Origin: the human T2T-CHM13v2.0 reference genome, Homo sapiens
Length of the DNA: 64,000 nt
NCBI RefSeq assembly: GCF_009914755.1
Contig: NC_060930.1
Strand: one strand, 5' to 3'
Position numbers and translations under genes: made by a program. The notes below the pieces were generated by a model that ran no database searches, was not told the DNA's origin, and saw only the letters and a program-made list of their open reading frames with translations. How positions within the stretch are numbered: position 1 is the stretch's first letter; each line of letters begins with the position of its first letter. Shown in pieces: positions 28,950 to 49,193 of the stretch.

Positions 28950-29447
28950 TAACTAACTTAAGCAAACCTGAACCAACCATAGGTAAAGCTGAGACACAAC
29001 CTGAATCACATCCTGAACTTCAAAGGCTCAGGAGGCAGCAACACCCAGCTCCTTTGGAAGCAGAGAAAAAGATGGGGCAGAAAACAGAAGGTTTGACTGA
29101 AAAGTCTGTTTGAGAAGCAGTTAACTCCACCAGCTTTCTTTCCCAGCTCCACAAAGGGCAGGAGCCTGGAGGGTTTTTTCCCTCTGGAGAGGTAAAATCA
29201 AGCCTCTCTGGGCTGGGGAACACCAGGCAGAGATAAGGGCAGGAGTACTGTATGGAAGAAAGGGACGAAGTCAAAGCTGCATGCTGAGCATCTGAGTCCC
29301 AGCCTTCCTTCCCATCGTGACGCTCAGAAGGCAGACAGCCAAGCTTAAATCCTCCAGGCAGAAGATTCAAAAACTCTTCTCTTGGGAATCCAACAAGTTC
29401 ATGAGAAAGTCATCATCAGAGGGTTTCTTAACAAAACTGTCAAGCTG

Positions 29448-30125
<678 letters not shown>

Positions 30126-30429
30126 TCACCTACTACCACCAGCACCATGCAGAGCAGACTATAAACAGATTTTTGGTGCACCACTCTTAAACTATAAACA
30201 GTATAGGCAAGAATCCCAAGATAACTTGAGAAGCATTTACCCTGTTTCATTGATCCTAAGATGCATGTGTCCGAATGAACATCTCTGAAATCCGCCTTAC
30301 AAATCAATAGTATTGCAAAATCATGGTCAGTCAGGAGGCAGCCGTGATACGGCCATGCAAAATAATTTCGTGGACACTTTCTCGTAAGATTAAGAGCACC
30401 AGCATCGAAGGTTCTCAAAGTCGATAAAA

Positions 30430-31060
30430 TACGGTAATCTGAAAGCCAGAGACCAAAGCAAAGTGGAAAAAGGAGGTAAAAACAGAGAAAATAGCCCCCA
30501 AACCCTTATTAATATCCTGAGAGAGATAATGGAATACAATATACTCATTTTTAAAAAATATGAAAGAACATTTAAATAATCCTTGGAATTTAAAATAAGG
30601 CAGCTTGCAATAGAAGACTAGGTTGGGAAAATTTCCCAGAGAGAAGGGTAAACAGAAAAAGAGATAGAAAATAGACAAGAAAAAAATAAGAAAATTAGAG
30701 AATTGTCCAGGAGTTTCAAAAAGAGAAAATAAAGAAACCATCAGCAAAATTATTCAAGAAAAATCTCTCAGAATTGAAAGACATAAGTTTCTAGATTAAA
30801 AGGAGCCCACCAAGTCCCAGAAGACAAAATAAACCCACAACAAAGTGCATCATTGTGACATATAGGAACACTAGGGACAGAGAAAGAGTCTACAAACTTC
30901 GAGAGAGAGAGAGAGAACAACGCAGGTCTTATGTAACAAGGCAGAATATAACAGAGCAGAACTTCCAAATTCCAAATTCCAAATTTTAAAACCTAGAATT
31001 GAATACTCAGCCAAACTATCAATGAAATGAGATGACACGATAAAGGCCTTTTCAGACCTG
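30430..31060 (+). mobile_element. Old L1M/HAL1-type ORF1 remnant
   Basis: Encodes degraded IIQEK..ELKDISF.IK.AHQVP, like L1 ORF1p. Confidence 0.6.
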
Positions 31061-31808
31061 CAGGGAAAGAAGTGAAGAAATCACCCAGATAATGGGTGGA
31101 GGCAGAACGCAAGATGGCAGATGAGTCACTGCTGTGTGAGCAACCCGTGCAGTTTGGAGCAGATCAGAAGATCCAGAAGAGATTTCTTCAAGAAAATGAA
31201 ATTAAACATATTGAGAGGTATGCCCAATTGAAAGAGCTGGCATTGAATTAGTTACAAGTATACAGAAAAATAAGCAAATAGAACTGGAAGACAATTATTA
31301 ACTCTATGGAAAATAAAAAAGTGCAAGAGGAAGGAAACGTAATGATTGTGTACCGCGTGACTCAGCAAGCATAGTCACAATAAACACTGAAAAATGAGCC
31401 AGCCAAAATTAGAACTTAACTGGATAAAGAGAATGGAGAAGACTTAAATTGTGTTCTGAGAGACAGGCGGGTAAAAGACGGTGAAATCTTTGTATTCCAG
31501 CAAATACTTACTACCCACATTTTTTCTTCAAGAAACATGCTAGCATTTTACATATTTACCAATTTACATATTTTACAAATACGGAAATGAACATGAAAAC
31601 ACTCAGGTGAAAGTTACAAGGAGGTGCTTCTGGAAAGTGGGACAGGGAACTGCTGCAATGTTTGACAATCAGCCATGTTGAGTGATCTTAATATTTGCAC
31701 TCTATACATACGTGGCTTTAACAAAAGTAAAAGTTAAAGTAGAAAAAAAGGAAAGAAGAATGAATGAGCATGGGCTTTGGAATCATGCGTAGGTTTGACC
31801 ACCAAGTA

Positions 31809-31930
31809 TAGTTGGCCCTCTGTATCCATGGATTCCACGTCTGTGGATTCAACCAACCGATTTCGATAATCTGATTTCAGATTATTTCCGATTGAAAATA
31901 GCTGGAAAAACATTGTGTCTGTACTGAACA
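31809..31930 (-). mobile_element. MER2 (TcMar-Tigger) terminal fragment
   Basis: GTTGGCCCTCTGTATCCATGG..TGTGGATTCAACCAACC..GTGTCTGTACTGAACA. Confidence 0.75.
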
Positions 31931-32198
<268 letters not shown>

Positions 32199-32415
32199 TT
32201 ATGCTCTCTGGTAGATAATCAGAAATAACATGAAAGTAAATAGAAATGTTTTAAACCATTTCTTCCTCATGTAAGATATTTTCTGATGGAGTCATAAGAA
32301 AAGGAGGAAATGTACAGAAAACAGGAGGGCTTTGGAAGAAATTAGGGGGGTTCTACAAAGTGTTTGGGGCTGGGAGCAACTATTCAAGGAATTTCCATTT
32401 CCAAGCTACCAACGG

Positions 32416-33435
<1,020 letters not shown>

Positions 33436-33885
33436 AATGGAAAGTGACAAATACACCACTGCAGTAACTTACTGTGCAGTTACTATGTCGAAAACCTGGG
33501 TGAACGCCTCCCACCATCTGAGGTTCTCTTCAGCCCTCCCCCGAGGCTATCAAGTCACCAGCAACCTTCACCTGCCAAGCAGGGTGCCCACCGCTCTGTC
33601 CTAGCCTTCTGTGACCTTTCAGCAGCACTGACGTACTGAACGACTCTCTCCATGAACACTTTCTGTCCTGCCTTTCTGACACCATGCTCTGCTGGTGATG
33701 CTCCCTTACCATTTCCCCAGGATACCCAGCCACCCTACCCTTCTCTGAGCTTAGCTAGTTGCAGCAGAGTCCTCATGATCCTCCCTCCGCTATTTTTGCC
33801 TGTCTCGGGTCATTCTCCACTCAGCAGCTAGAGTGGATCATTAGAAACGTAGGTCAGATCAGACCATCCCTCCCCTTTTTTCACT

Positions 33886-34246
33886 CTTTTTTATTTGTAT
33901 AAATGTATAGGGTACAGGTGTAATTTTGCCATATGCATAGATGGTGTAGTGGTGAAGCCAGGGTTTTTAGGGTATCCATCACCCGAATAATGTACCTTGT
34001 ACACATTAAATAATCTCTCATCATTCACCTCCCTCCCACCCCCTCGCCCTTCCAAGTGTCCATGGTCATCATTCCACACTCTATGTCCACATCTACCCAT
34101 TATTTAGCTCTCACTTGTAAGTGAATACATGTGGTATTTGTCTGTGTCTGACTTGTTTCACTTAAGAAAATGGCCTCCAGTTTCATCTGCGTTGCAGCGA
34201 AACACATGATTTCATTCTTTTTTATGGCTGAATAGTATTCCATTGC
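33886..34246 (-). mobile_element. L1PB/L1MA-type 3' end inserted in an L2
   Basis: GGGTACAGGTGTAATTTTG..CATCACCCGAATAATGTAC..TTTATGGCTGAATAGTATTCCATTG. Confidence 0.85.
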
Positions 34247-34699
34247 ATCACATCCCTCTTAATATGCTCCTATGGCTTCCTACTGCACTTAAATCAAAGG
34301 CAAGTTCCTTACCCCAGAGCCTACCTAGAGGTGCACCTTATCTGACCCTTTCTCCTCTCCAGACACCCCCTGGCTGTGGTCACCTTGCTGGCTGCCCCTT
34401 GTCTTCCAGCTGTCAGCTCACACACCCCATTCTGAAAGAGGGCTCCCCATCACTCACTCTCACACCACCCTGCTTATTTCCTTCATGGTACTTACTACAA
34501 ATTGGAATTCCTGTGTGTCCATTTACATACATGGTAATTGTGACTTCTGCCCTATGATGCAAGCTCCATGAGGGTAGAAACTCTGTCTTGCTCAGGGTCT
34601 GGCTCAGAATTAGAACTAAATGAATATTATTTATAACCAATCAATTAGTAATTAATTAGTAGAAAAAATAGACCAAGAGAGACCGAATAAAATAAACAA

Positions 34700-35750
34700 A
34701 AACAAAAGACCCTAGAGGAAATGGATAATGCAGACAATAGAAAAGAGCTTCAAAACTTTCTAAACTATCTCTCAGAGACTTTATAGTTTATTCATTAAAA
34801 AAGAAAAGAAATACAAGCTGCTCACCAAAAAGAGTAGATAACAAAATAATTCTTGAATTTTTAAAATACAATTGACAAAATCAAAAATTCAATAAAAGAG
34901 CTAGAAGCAAAACACTGATCTTTCGGATTATAAATTTAAAATGCAAAGATTTAGAAAAAAATCACTTAAAAAGTTGAGACTTAAAAAGATCAATTCAAAA
35001 ATCCTAATATCCACCTAATACATGTTCAAGTAAAAGAGGACAACAGGCAAGAAGAAAATTATTACATTTTTCCAGAACAAAAGAAAGATGTGAGTCTCCA
35101 GGCATCACTAAGTCATGAAAAGGATAAGTTAAAATGCACACACATGGCCAGGCATGGTGGCTCATGCCTGTAATCCCAGCACTTTGGGAGGCCAAGGTGG
35201 GTGCATCATGAGGTCAGGAGTTCAAGACCAGCCTGGCCAAGATGGTGAAACCCCGTCTCTACTAAAAATACAAAAATTAGCCAGGTGCAGTGGCAGGCAC
35301 CTGTAATCCCAGCTACTCAGGAGGCTGAGGCAGGAGACTCACTTGATCCCTGGGGGCGAAGGTTGCAGTGAGCCAAGATCGTGCCACTGCACTCCAGCCT
35401 GGGTGACAGAGTGAGACTCCGTCTTGGGGGAAAAAAAAAAAAAGCACACACATACACAACCCTAGAGCTATCATCATAAAATTTTAGAATGCCAAATATG
35501 AAGTTTCCAGACAGAATAAGTTGCCTACAAAGGAACCAGAATCATATTGGCATTAGATTTTTAATCAGCAATCTTCAATGCCATAGGACAATAAAGTATT
35601 ACCTTTAAGTTTTGACGAAATAACATAAAAGGTTATAGCTTCCTGAGCTATCAATCAAGAATAAAAATAAAACCTAGATATTAATGTATAAGCAAAGACT
35701 CTGATATTTATCAAATAGTGATCTTCTCTGAGAGCACTACTCAAGTATGC
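34700..35750 (+). mobile_element. Old L1M ORF1 remnant with AluS at 35146-35443
   Basis: CCTACAAAGGAACCAGAATCATATTGGCATTAGATTTT (YKG..I.LA.DF motif); Alu TSD AAAA(T)GCACACACAT. Confidence 0.65.
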
Positions 35751-36690
35751 ACCCCAGCCAAACAACAAAGGAGTGCAAGAAAGTGACAGACACAGTAGTG
35801 TTAACCCAGGAGAGCGTGAAAAGATACTCTAGGGTGATCGCTGTGCAACAGCTAGATCCAAATTAGAACCTAGAAAAATAAGAAAATTCAGAAGCTCTAA
35901 ACTAAGTGTATTCATAAAGAAAATTGATTCCCTGCAAGAAACTTTAACACTTAAAAGTGGATAATTTTAGTTATAAGATGGATGCATAAAATAATAAAAG
36001 TAAGCCAGGCATGTATCTGTAGTCCCAGCTACTCAGGAGGCAGAGATGGGAAGATCGCTTGAGCCCAGGAGTTCAATTTAGCCTGTAAAAAAAAATAATA
36101 ATAAAGGTAAATAGTTAAAATATGCTGTCCCTCTTCCTGTCTCCTAAAAATCACTCTCTTAAGTACCTGGGTTTATAAGCATAGGATCTCATTTCCTTCT
36201 CTAGTTACACAATCACATTACGTGGTTCTTCATTGAACAAATATTTATATAATCTTATTATAAACTACAGATATTGGCTTTCAGTTTTTAGAATCAACCT
36301 CTAGGCAAAGCATAAAGGACACATATGGTTATAGAACACAATATGTGTTGTAAACCTAGACGGTGAAATGATGACAGCAGCCAAGAGACAGATGGAGCTG
36401 GAACAGTGAAGGGAAATGCAGGGGAACCAATTTTCTCATTTTACAGAGTGAAAATTCAAGGGAAACTCTAACCAATAGGTCAGGATGTAAAAGTCCAAAA
36501 ATACTACTTAAAGCTACAGTGGTAGCCAAGAGAGGAACTAAAAATAAAATGTGTCAAGCAGAAACTAAAGTGGAAGAAAAGAAAGAAACATAAATTAATC
36601 ATTGTTGTAATGGGGAGACAATAGATACTGTCAAAAAATTATAAATCAAGGAACAGAGGTAAAATCACATCATTGCAAGCACGGCAGTAA

Positions 36691-37388
<698 letters not shown>

Positions 37389-38099
37389 CCAGACTTTTCA
37401 GTTATGTCTTTCATACCATTTTAAATATCTCTGTACCATTACCATGAGAAGGTATTTTTTAATAAGTTAAAACATATATGCAAAATTAATGTGCAATTTA
37501 AAATTAAGATAATAATTCTCTAGATATAAGTTAAATACCTTCAAGGACTAAAGTTCATCATTGACCAGATGACCTGTAAGAAATCCAGATCTAACATTCT
37601 AAACTACCTGGAAAGTTACCTGGAAAGTCTACGAATTTAACTTCACAAACTGCCAACATCATCTCTTCTGGAAGTACATTGTCAGAGCTCCTGACCCCAA
37701 CCTTATAAGCAGAGGTTGTCTCCAGGAACATTTCTGCTCCCTGCTCTGATTTAAAATACCAGGGAGAGAATCTGTTTTGAAAACAATCCACAAGACAATA
37801 TTTTCCCTAAGGTCAGCTTTAGGAGAGGTGGTTCTCTTTCTTAGAGGATTTATACTGCACTTTCACATACCGTAAAGTATTCCATTTGGTGCTCACAGTA
37901 CACAACTCTGAAAGGCGGAGACAGTGTGTACTACTACATCCATTTAACTTAGGAGGAAACTGAGTCCCAAATATGTAAGTTACCAGCCCAAAAATTCTTA
38001 GCACTAAATAATAAAGATCAGAGCTCAAACATGTCTCTGATCCCAAGTACTGATCTCTCCATTAACCTGGTTGCCTCTAGCATCTTCAAAAGCCCAATA

Positions 38100-39200
<1,101 letters not shown>

Positions 39201-39457
39201 TAACTCTTTACAGAATAGAAAAAGAAGGAACACTATGCTGACTCGTTTTGTGAGCAATTGCAAGCTTAGTATAAAAAAAAGTAAAAAGGTCAATATTGGA
39301 AAGAAAAATTGAAGGTCAATCTCCATGAACATAGATGCAAGAATCCTGAACAAAATATTACCAAACTGAATCCAGCAATTAAAATTTTAAAAAAATGACC
39401 AAGTTGGGTTTATTCCAGGAATGAAAAGTTAGATCATTAGAACATAAATTAATGTAA

Positions 39458-39788
<331 letters not shown>

Positions 39789-40162
39789 TATGTTGTTATC
39801 TTACTTGAGATGAGAAAGTGTGTGATAAAATTCAAAACAACATTCATGAGACAAAAAGTAAAAAAATAAAATCACTTACACACTAGAAACAAAAAGGAAT
39901 GTTCTTAACATGATAAGTATATCTTCAAACTAATGAGCAAAAAAAGGTTTTTTCAATTGTGAAATATTAACACGTACTTTTAAAAATCAGGCATAATAAG
40001 ATGTTACATAATCCTCAGTTCTACTCAGTGCTGCATTGGAATTCTAACCTGTGCAAAAATAAGAATACAAGCAAAGATAAGGAAAATAATACAGATTCAA
40101 AAAATATCTGTCATTATATGCAGGTATTATATTCTACACAGAAAACTTCCAGTTATCTATAC

Positions 40163-40532
40163 TGTGTTAGTCCATTCTCAAGCTGCTAACAAAGACATAC
40201 CCAAGACTGGGTAATTTATAAAGAGGTTTAATTGACTCACAGTTCAGCATGGCTAGGGAGGCCTCAGGAAACTTATAATCATGGTGAAAAGGGAAGCCAA
40301 CACGTCCTTCTTCACATGGCAGCGGGGAGAAGAAGGAACGCCGAGCAAAGGGAAAAGTCCTTTATAAAACCATCTGATCTCATGAGAACTTATGCACTAT
40401 CACAAGAGCAGGATGGGGGGAACCACCCCCGTGATTCAGTTATCTCTACCTGTTCCCTCCCATGACACATGGGGACTATAGGAACTATAATTCAAGATGA
40501 GATTTGGGTGGGGACACAGAAAACCCATATCA
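40163..40532 (-). mobile_element. THE1 MaLR solo LTR
   Basis: TGTGTTAGTCC...GGGTGGGGACACAG..CCATATCA; TSD TATAC. Confidence 0.92.
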
Positions 40533-40867
40533 TATACCTTATTAGAAGTAATAGAAGAGTTTAGTAAGTTTCCTAGGCATAAAATCCACATGTGCATCAA
40601 CTGCGTTTCTAAACACCAGCCAAAAAACAGGTGGAAAATAAAGTTTTAAAATATTATTTACAGTAGCAACAACAAAATAAGGTACCAAAGAATTAGTCTA
40701 GCAAAAGATATACCAGACCTTTTGGCAGAAAGTTATAAAACTTTAGTGAAAGGTCTTCAATAGGACCTAAATAAAGAGAACAACAACACTTTTTCCATGG
40801 ATAGGAAGATTAAATATCTTAAAGATCAATCAATTCTCCCCTAAACTTTCATATGGATTCCATGTAA

Positions 40868-41201
<334 letters not shown>

Positions 41202-42060
41202 GATTCAATGTAATTCTAACAAAAATACCAATAAGACATTTCATAGAACTTGGCAAACATTCTAAAATGTATAAAGAAGGGCCAGTGACCAAAAAGCTGA
41301 AACAGGGAAAGTGTTCTGCCAGAAATGACATATTATAAGTAATTAGATTGTGTGTTATTAGCACGAGGATGAAAAACAGACCAACGGAACAAAAAGAGAA
41401 CCCAGGAACTGATCCACACTTTATGATATATGATAGATCCAGCATTGCAGATCAGAGGGGCTATCCATATAGAAAAAAAAAAAGTGAAAATGGATTTCTG
41501 TCCCATACCATACATAAAAATCAATTTCAGGTGTATCAGGAACCAAAACAGGGAAAACAAAACTTTAAAACACTTAGAGAAAATACAAAAGAATATTCTA
41601 ATGATCTGTGAGTAGGGAAAGATTTTTAATCAAGCATGGAAAATACAAACTATAAAGAAAAAATTAATAAAACTGACTAATAAAAAGAATGCTATTGAGT
41701 AGAATCACCATTAGGAGGGTAAATAGATAAGCCTCAATGTGAGAAGATACTCGTAATTATAACCAACAATGAATCATTGTACAGAATATGTAGAGTATGC
41801 TAAAGAAAAAAAAATGAAACGTACAGAAGGCTTAAACAGGCATATCTGTGAAAAAGAAATATGAACGGCCAAGATATCTACAAAGACATACTCAACCTCA
41901 GTATTAATCAGGGAACTTCAAATTAGAATGACAATAAAATAGATTTTCAAAAACAGAAGCCCAACAAAATCAAGCATTGCCAAAAGTTTAGAACCACAGA
42001 CATTCTCATACATTCCTGGCAGGAGTTGGCTCAACCACATTAGAAATTGTCATTACTTCA

Positions 42061-42674
42061 TGCACCAGATACTATGAACTGGTTTGCTCAACTTTTATTC
42101 CACCTTCTCCTAGGGTGCCTTCCTATATTTCAAAGGGCAGAAAACTAAAAACCCCATTTGCAAGACACCCTTATAGCTAGGGTTCCATATACGATTAAAG
42201 TTTGACCCATCCAATGCTCTCAGTGAGACCTGAACTGAGTTAAGTGAAGAGAGAGAGGCAAGGCTGACAGTATTTGTTTTACTGGCAGGGATTAAAATGG
42301 TGGCTTCCCAATTTTAGAAGGTGATTTCAGAGCTGTGTTTGGTTCTGGAGCCAGCAGGTCTGACAGTGGCTTCTTGATTTAGCTGAAGTGGTCCCTAATT
42401 GTGCCCAAGGCACTGTGGCTTTGGAGTCAGATTGTATTGGCAGCTTTCCAATTCAAAACATAGCTTCCCATTGACGGGAAAAGTGGCAGCTTTCTTGATG
42501 GCTCAGTGTGGCTTTGGTGTGGCCTTGGGAATTATCACTAGAAGTTCAGTGTTGAGTCTATTTCTTTAACCCTCCCAACAATTCTGTAAATGATCAATCA
42601 TCTATCATAAATCCCTTTCTGCTTTAATGAATGAGGGTGCATTCTGCCGTTTGTTCTCTACCTGAATCAATACA
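42061..42674 (+). mobile_element. LTR33-like ERVL LTR
   Basis: TTGCAAGACACCCTTATAGCTAGG; 3' ATAAATCCCTTTCTGCTT...CCTGAATCAATACA. Confidence 0.6.
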
Positions 42675-42750
42675 TCAGCAAAGTTGTATTTGTACATACT
42701 AAGCAGCCCAACAATTGTTTTCCTAGGTATAGACCCTAAAGAAACTCTTA

Positions 42751-43319
42751 TGATTCCTCAAGGATCTAGAACTAGAAATACCATTTGACCCAGCAATCCC
42801 ATTACTGGGTATATACCCAAAAGATTATAAATCATGCTGCTATAAAGACACATGTACACGTATGTTTATTGTGGCACTACTCACAATAGCAAAGACTTGG
42901 AACCAACCCAAATGTCCAACAATGATAGACTGGATTAAGACAATGTGGCACATATACACCATGGAATACTATGCAGCCATAAAAAATGATGAGTTCATGT
43001 CCTTTGTAGGGACATGGATGAAGCTGGAAACCATCATTCTCAGCAAACTATCACAAGGACAAAAAACCAAACACCATATGTTCTCACTCACAGGCGGGAA
43101 TTGAACAATGAGAACACATGGACACAGGAAGGGGAACATCACACACCGGGGCCTGTTGTGGGGTGGGGGGAGGGGGGAGGGAGAGCATTAGGAGATATAC
43201 CTAATGCTAAATGACGAGTTAATGGGTGCAGCACACCAACATGGCACATGTATACATATGTAACTAACCTGCACATTGTGCACATGTACCCTAAAACTTA
43301 GTATAATTAAAAAAAAAAA
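42751..43319 (+). mobile_element. 5'-truncated L1PA 3' end
   Basis: ORF2 C-terminus (42862-43104), 3'UTR and poly(A); TSD AAAGAAACT(C/G)TT. Confidence 0.95.
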
Positions 43320-43622
43320 GAAACTGTTGGATATGTAAACCACAAATACATACAAGGATACTTATTGCAGCACTGTTTGTAATGAAAAACTGGAGACAAC
43401 CCAATATCTATCAAGAGTAGCATGGATAAGTAAGTGATGATATAATCAAGAGACTACTACACAGATATGAAAATGAATAACTTATAGTTTTACATATCAG
43501 TGTGGATACATTGCAAAAATAATGTTGAATGAAAATAACTCACAACAGACTATACACAGTATGATTTTATTTATATAAGTTTAAAACTAAACATTATTTG
43601 GAGACATACACGTATATATGTA

Positions 43623-43625
<3 letters not shown>

Positions 43626-43671
<46 letters not shown>
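43626..43671. repeat. (TA)n microsatellite
   Basis: More than 20 consecutive AT dinucleotides. Confidence 0.95.
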
Positions 43672-43673
<2 letters not shown>

Positions 43674-44408
43674 GAGGTACATAGCTATATATATATTTGG
43701 AGATACATTGGTATATATAAATAAATGTAAAGAAAATACAGGAAACAGTTGACACAGAGTTCAGGAAAATCACTACTTCTGGTAGGAAGAGGCAGGGGTG
43801 TTATCAGAAAGGGTTATACAGGAGGCTTCAAGGATACTGGTAGTGTGTGATTCCAAAGCTGTGAATGTGGGCTGGTATTCAGTCAAGTTTGCATGTATAT
43901 CATATACTCTTCTGTATATATAAGTTATTTGATAATTTTAAATGTTAAAGAAAAATAAAGAATGAGAAGGCAAGAAAAAAATGAAAATGTTAACACAACC
44001 GACCACGCAATTTCAATTCTGTCCTAAAGACATACCCACACATAAATGAAATGACTATAAAGTATGAGGTTATTATTGCAACATTATTTGAAATAACAAG
44101 AGATTGGAAATAACATAAATATTTATAAATTTGGAACAATGGTACATTCAACATAGTGAAGTAGGGTACGGTCGTAAAGTATATGAAAAAATTCTTCCAT
44201 TGATATGGTGTGATCCTCAGTGTGTGTTCAGTGAAAAATTCATGGTGAATAATAACGAGATTAACAGCCTTTTATTTTAAAAAAGAAAAAATATATAATA
44301 TAGTGCTATTAAATAATAGTACAACAGTAATATACACATATAAGTGGCCTTTATTTATAAAAAAAAAATTAAAAGAATAACTTAGAAACCAATAAAAATG
44401 ACTACCTA

Positions 44409-44493
44409 GTCAACTCTGGACACATGACCTACGAGTTAGCCCTGCTCTGCAAGGAGCAGTTTTTTGTAATAAAAGATAAAAACAAACAAGCAA
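44409..44493 (+). mobile_element. Miniature retroposed insert with TSD (source unassigned)
   Basis: TSD AAAAATGACTACCTA/AAAAATGATTACTTA (13/15), ~50-bp GC-richer body, AATAAA and A-rich tail. Confidence 0.65.
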
Positions 44494-45282
44494 AAAAATG
44501 ATTACTTATGGGAGAGGGGCAGAATCGAAAAGAAGAGATTAGAGACAACCTTCTCTAAGTATATGTTTTCATATAGTTTTAATTTTTAAACCATGCAAAG
44601 ATTTTTACATACTCAAATAATAAACTTAAACCCTATTGAAAAAAAAAATGAAGCAAATCCTGGAATTGAAAACAAACTAAAGTAAATAAAACTAGTAATA
44701 TTGTAAATAACCATCCAAAGGAAAGAGCTCCTTCTAGACTTTGAAGTTAGTACTTTATGCATGCTTGGTGGCATACTTCTGCAGAGCAATCTTAAATTTC
44801 ATTTAGCAGTTCTATTGCTAGTAAAAATCTTAGTATGTTATTTTGAAGCAGTCTCTATTTCCCTCTCTTTCAGAGATAATTTTATCTCTCAGAGAGACTC
44901 CGTCTCAAAAAAAAAAAAAAAGCAAGCAAGAAAAAAGATCAAGTTATCAATAGTTAGAAAATGACACTGAAAACAGACCTATCTCACATTCCTGTGACAG
45001 AACCATCTCACTCTGAATCCATTGTCGGAAGCTTTGCTAGGTTATTTGGACAACTGAGAGATTCTGAGCTTCCTGGAGACTGTCCCTCTCGCTAGCAAGA
45101 ATACACCAAAAAAGATGGCCCTCTGAAGATAGCTTTTAAACGGTTCAGAATCAAAGCCCTCACAGGGATTTAGCAATGACAGGTTCTGAAACTCAATTAC
45201 TTGCAGGGGTTTAAAAGGTTGAAGAATCTCTTCTTCAATGCAAAATTTCTTCCACACCAAAGAAGTTAAACCTCACCTTTGA

Positions 45283-47253
<1,971 letters not shown>

Positions 47254-47502
47254 AGACTTCTTAAAAATAATATTTTCTGTACAAAGCAAGAGTAAGAAGG
47301 TGGTCAGGAGACTTATCAGATTGAAATGATCTCCATGAAGTCCCAGAAAGGTAAAGGAGACTTCTCACTTCCCACTCAGCTCTCAGGCCCATGAAAACCA
47401 CCCATCCACATCATACATACTGCAAGGTGACCTGAATTCCAAAGTCCTGACTGCTTCTCACCTTTTATCCTCCCCAGGAACTGTAGTTAATAACATTCAC
47501 CC

Positions 47503-48170
<668 letters not shown>

Positions 48171-48199
48171 CACCCCATTGGCCACCCACCCACCTCCTC

Positions 48200-48600
48200 C
48201 TCCTAGAAGCTCTTCCCTCCCTGTGAGTTGGCAGGTGAACTTCTGTTGTTCCTTTCTGGCCACATCTCCCACCTCCTTTACTCACTCTACTCTCTTCCTC
48301 TGGAAACTAAACATAGGCATTTCACAAGGCTCTCCTCTCTTCCTTAAAAAACTCACTCATTTTACACCTTCAACTCTCTCCTTCATACAGATGATTCTGT
48401 TTTATCAGCTCACCCCTCACTTCACTCTTGAGTCCCAGACTCAAATTTCCAACTACCTGCTGGAAATCTGCACTTCATTGGCCCATGGCTGTTTTAAACT
48501 CCATCTGCTCAAAACCGAAAGCAAGACAACCCCCTGAAAACCTACTTCTTCTGCACTTTCCACTCTTCTGTTCCTTCATGTGAGAAAATATCCACACGAA
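48200..48600 (+). mobile_element. LINE2 fragment
   Basis: CCAGACTCAAATTTCCAACTACCTGCTGGAAATCT. Confidence 0.65.
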
Positions 48601-48949
48601 GTACAGCACATATTCTCGTCTCTGAGTGTACCATCCTCCCTGCACCCCTGCACTCAACTAGAAATTTCCATTCTCCTTAGCTGTTTTCTAGTGCCCATAC
48701 TACTGATTCTGAACTCAGGGGATTATCTGCAAACACAAGTTCCAAGGCCCCATCTGCAGGTTTGAAAACCACTGCTCTTGACACAACATTTTCTAGGTGA
48801 AATCAGACCAAGGGAATGCTTGTACCACATCAGACAGTCCCCTGTTAAAACTGTTTTCACGGGGCTGTGATTTGTTGCGATACCCTTGGCTGCTTAAAGG
48901 CTGCTACAAAAAGGCATATGATTAAAATTGCTGTTGTACTCATGCCAGA

Positions 48950-49143
48950 GGCGTAGCTGAGCATGTTAACATTACATCACAGAGGGGGCCTTTTATGAGG
49001 CAGGGTCCCTGACTGATGAGCAAACCACCAGAGGAGGGTCAGGCGAGAGGCCCAGTGGAGGGTAACACACATGGAGTTCAGTGACCCCTTTGTTCCTTGA
49101 GGAGAGAGGACCTATTTCTACCTAAGGACATTCCCGGAAGGCA
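48950..49143 (+). promoter_or_regulatory. Candidate cytokine/stress-responsive element
   Basis: GAS palindrome TTCCCGGAA 49131-49139 and C/EBP-ATF-type ATTACATCA 48971-48979 in repeat-free sequence. Confidence 0.35.
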
Positions 49144-49193
49144 ATGGGTTTCAAACAATATCCTGAAGAGACTCATCTCGGGGAACTAAGCAG
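49144..49193 (+). CDS. Putative first coding exon of a 64-aa spliced ORF (MGFKQYPEETHLGELS-R)
   Basis: Kozak GCAATGG; donor CAG|GTAGGA; ends in phase 2. Confidence 0.3.
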
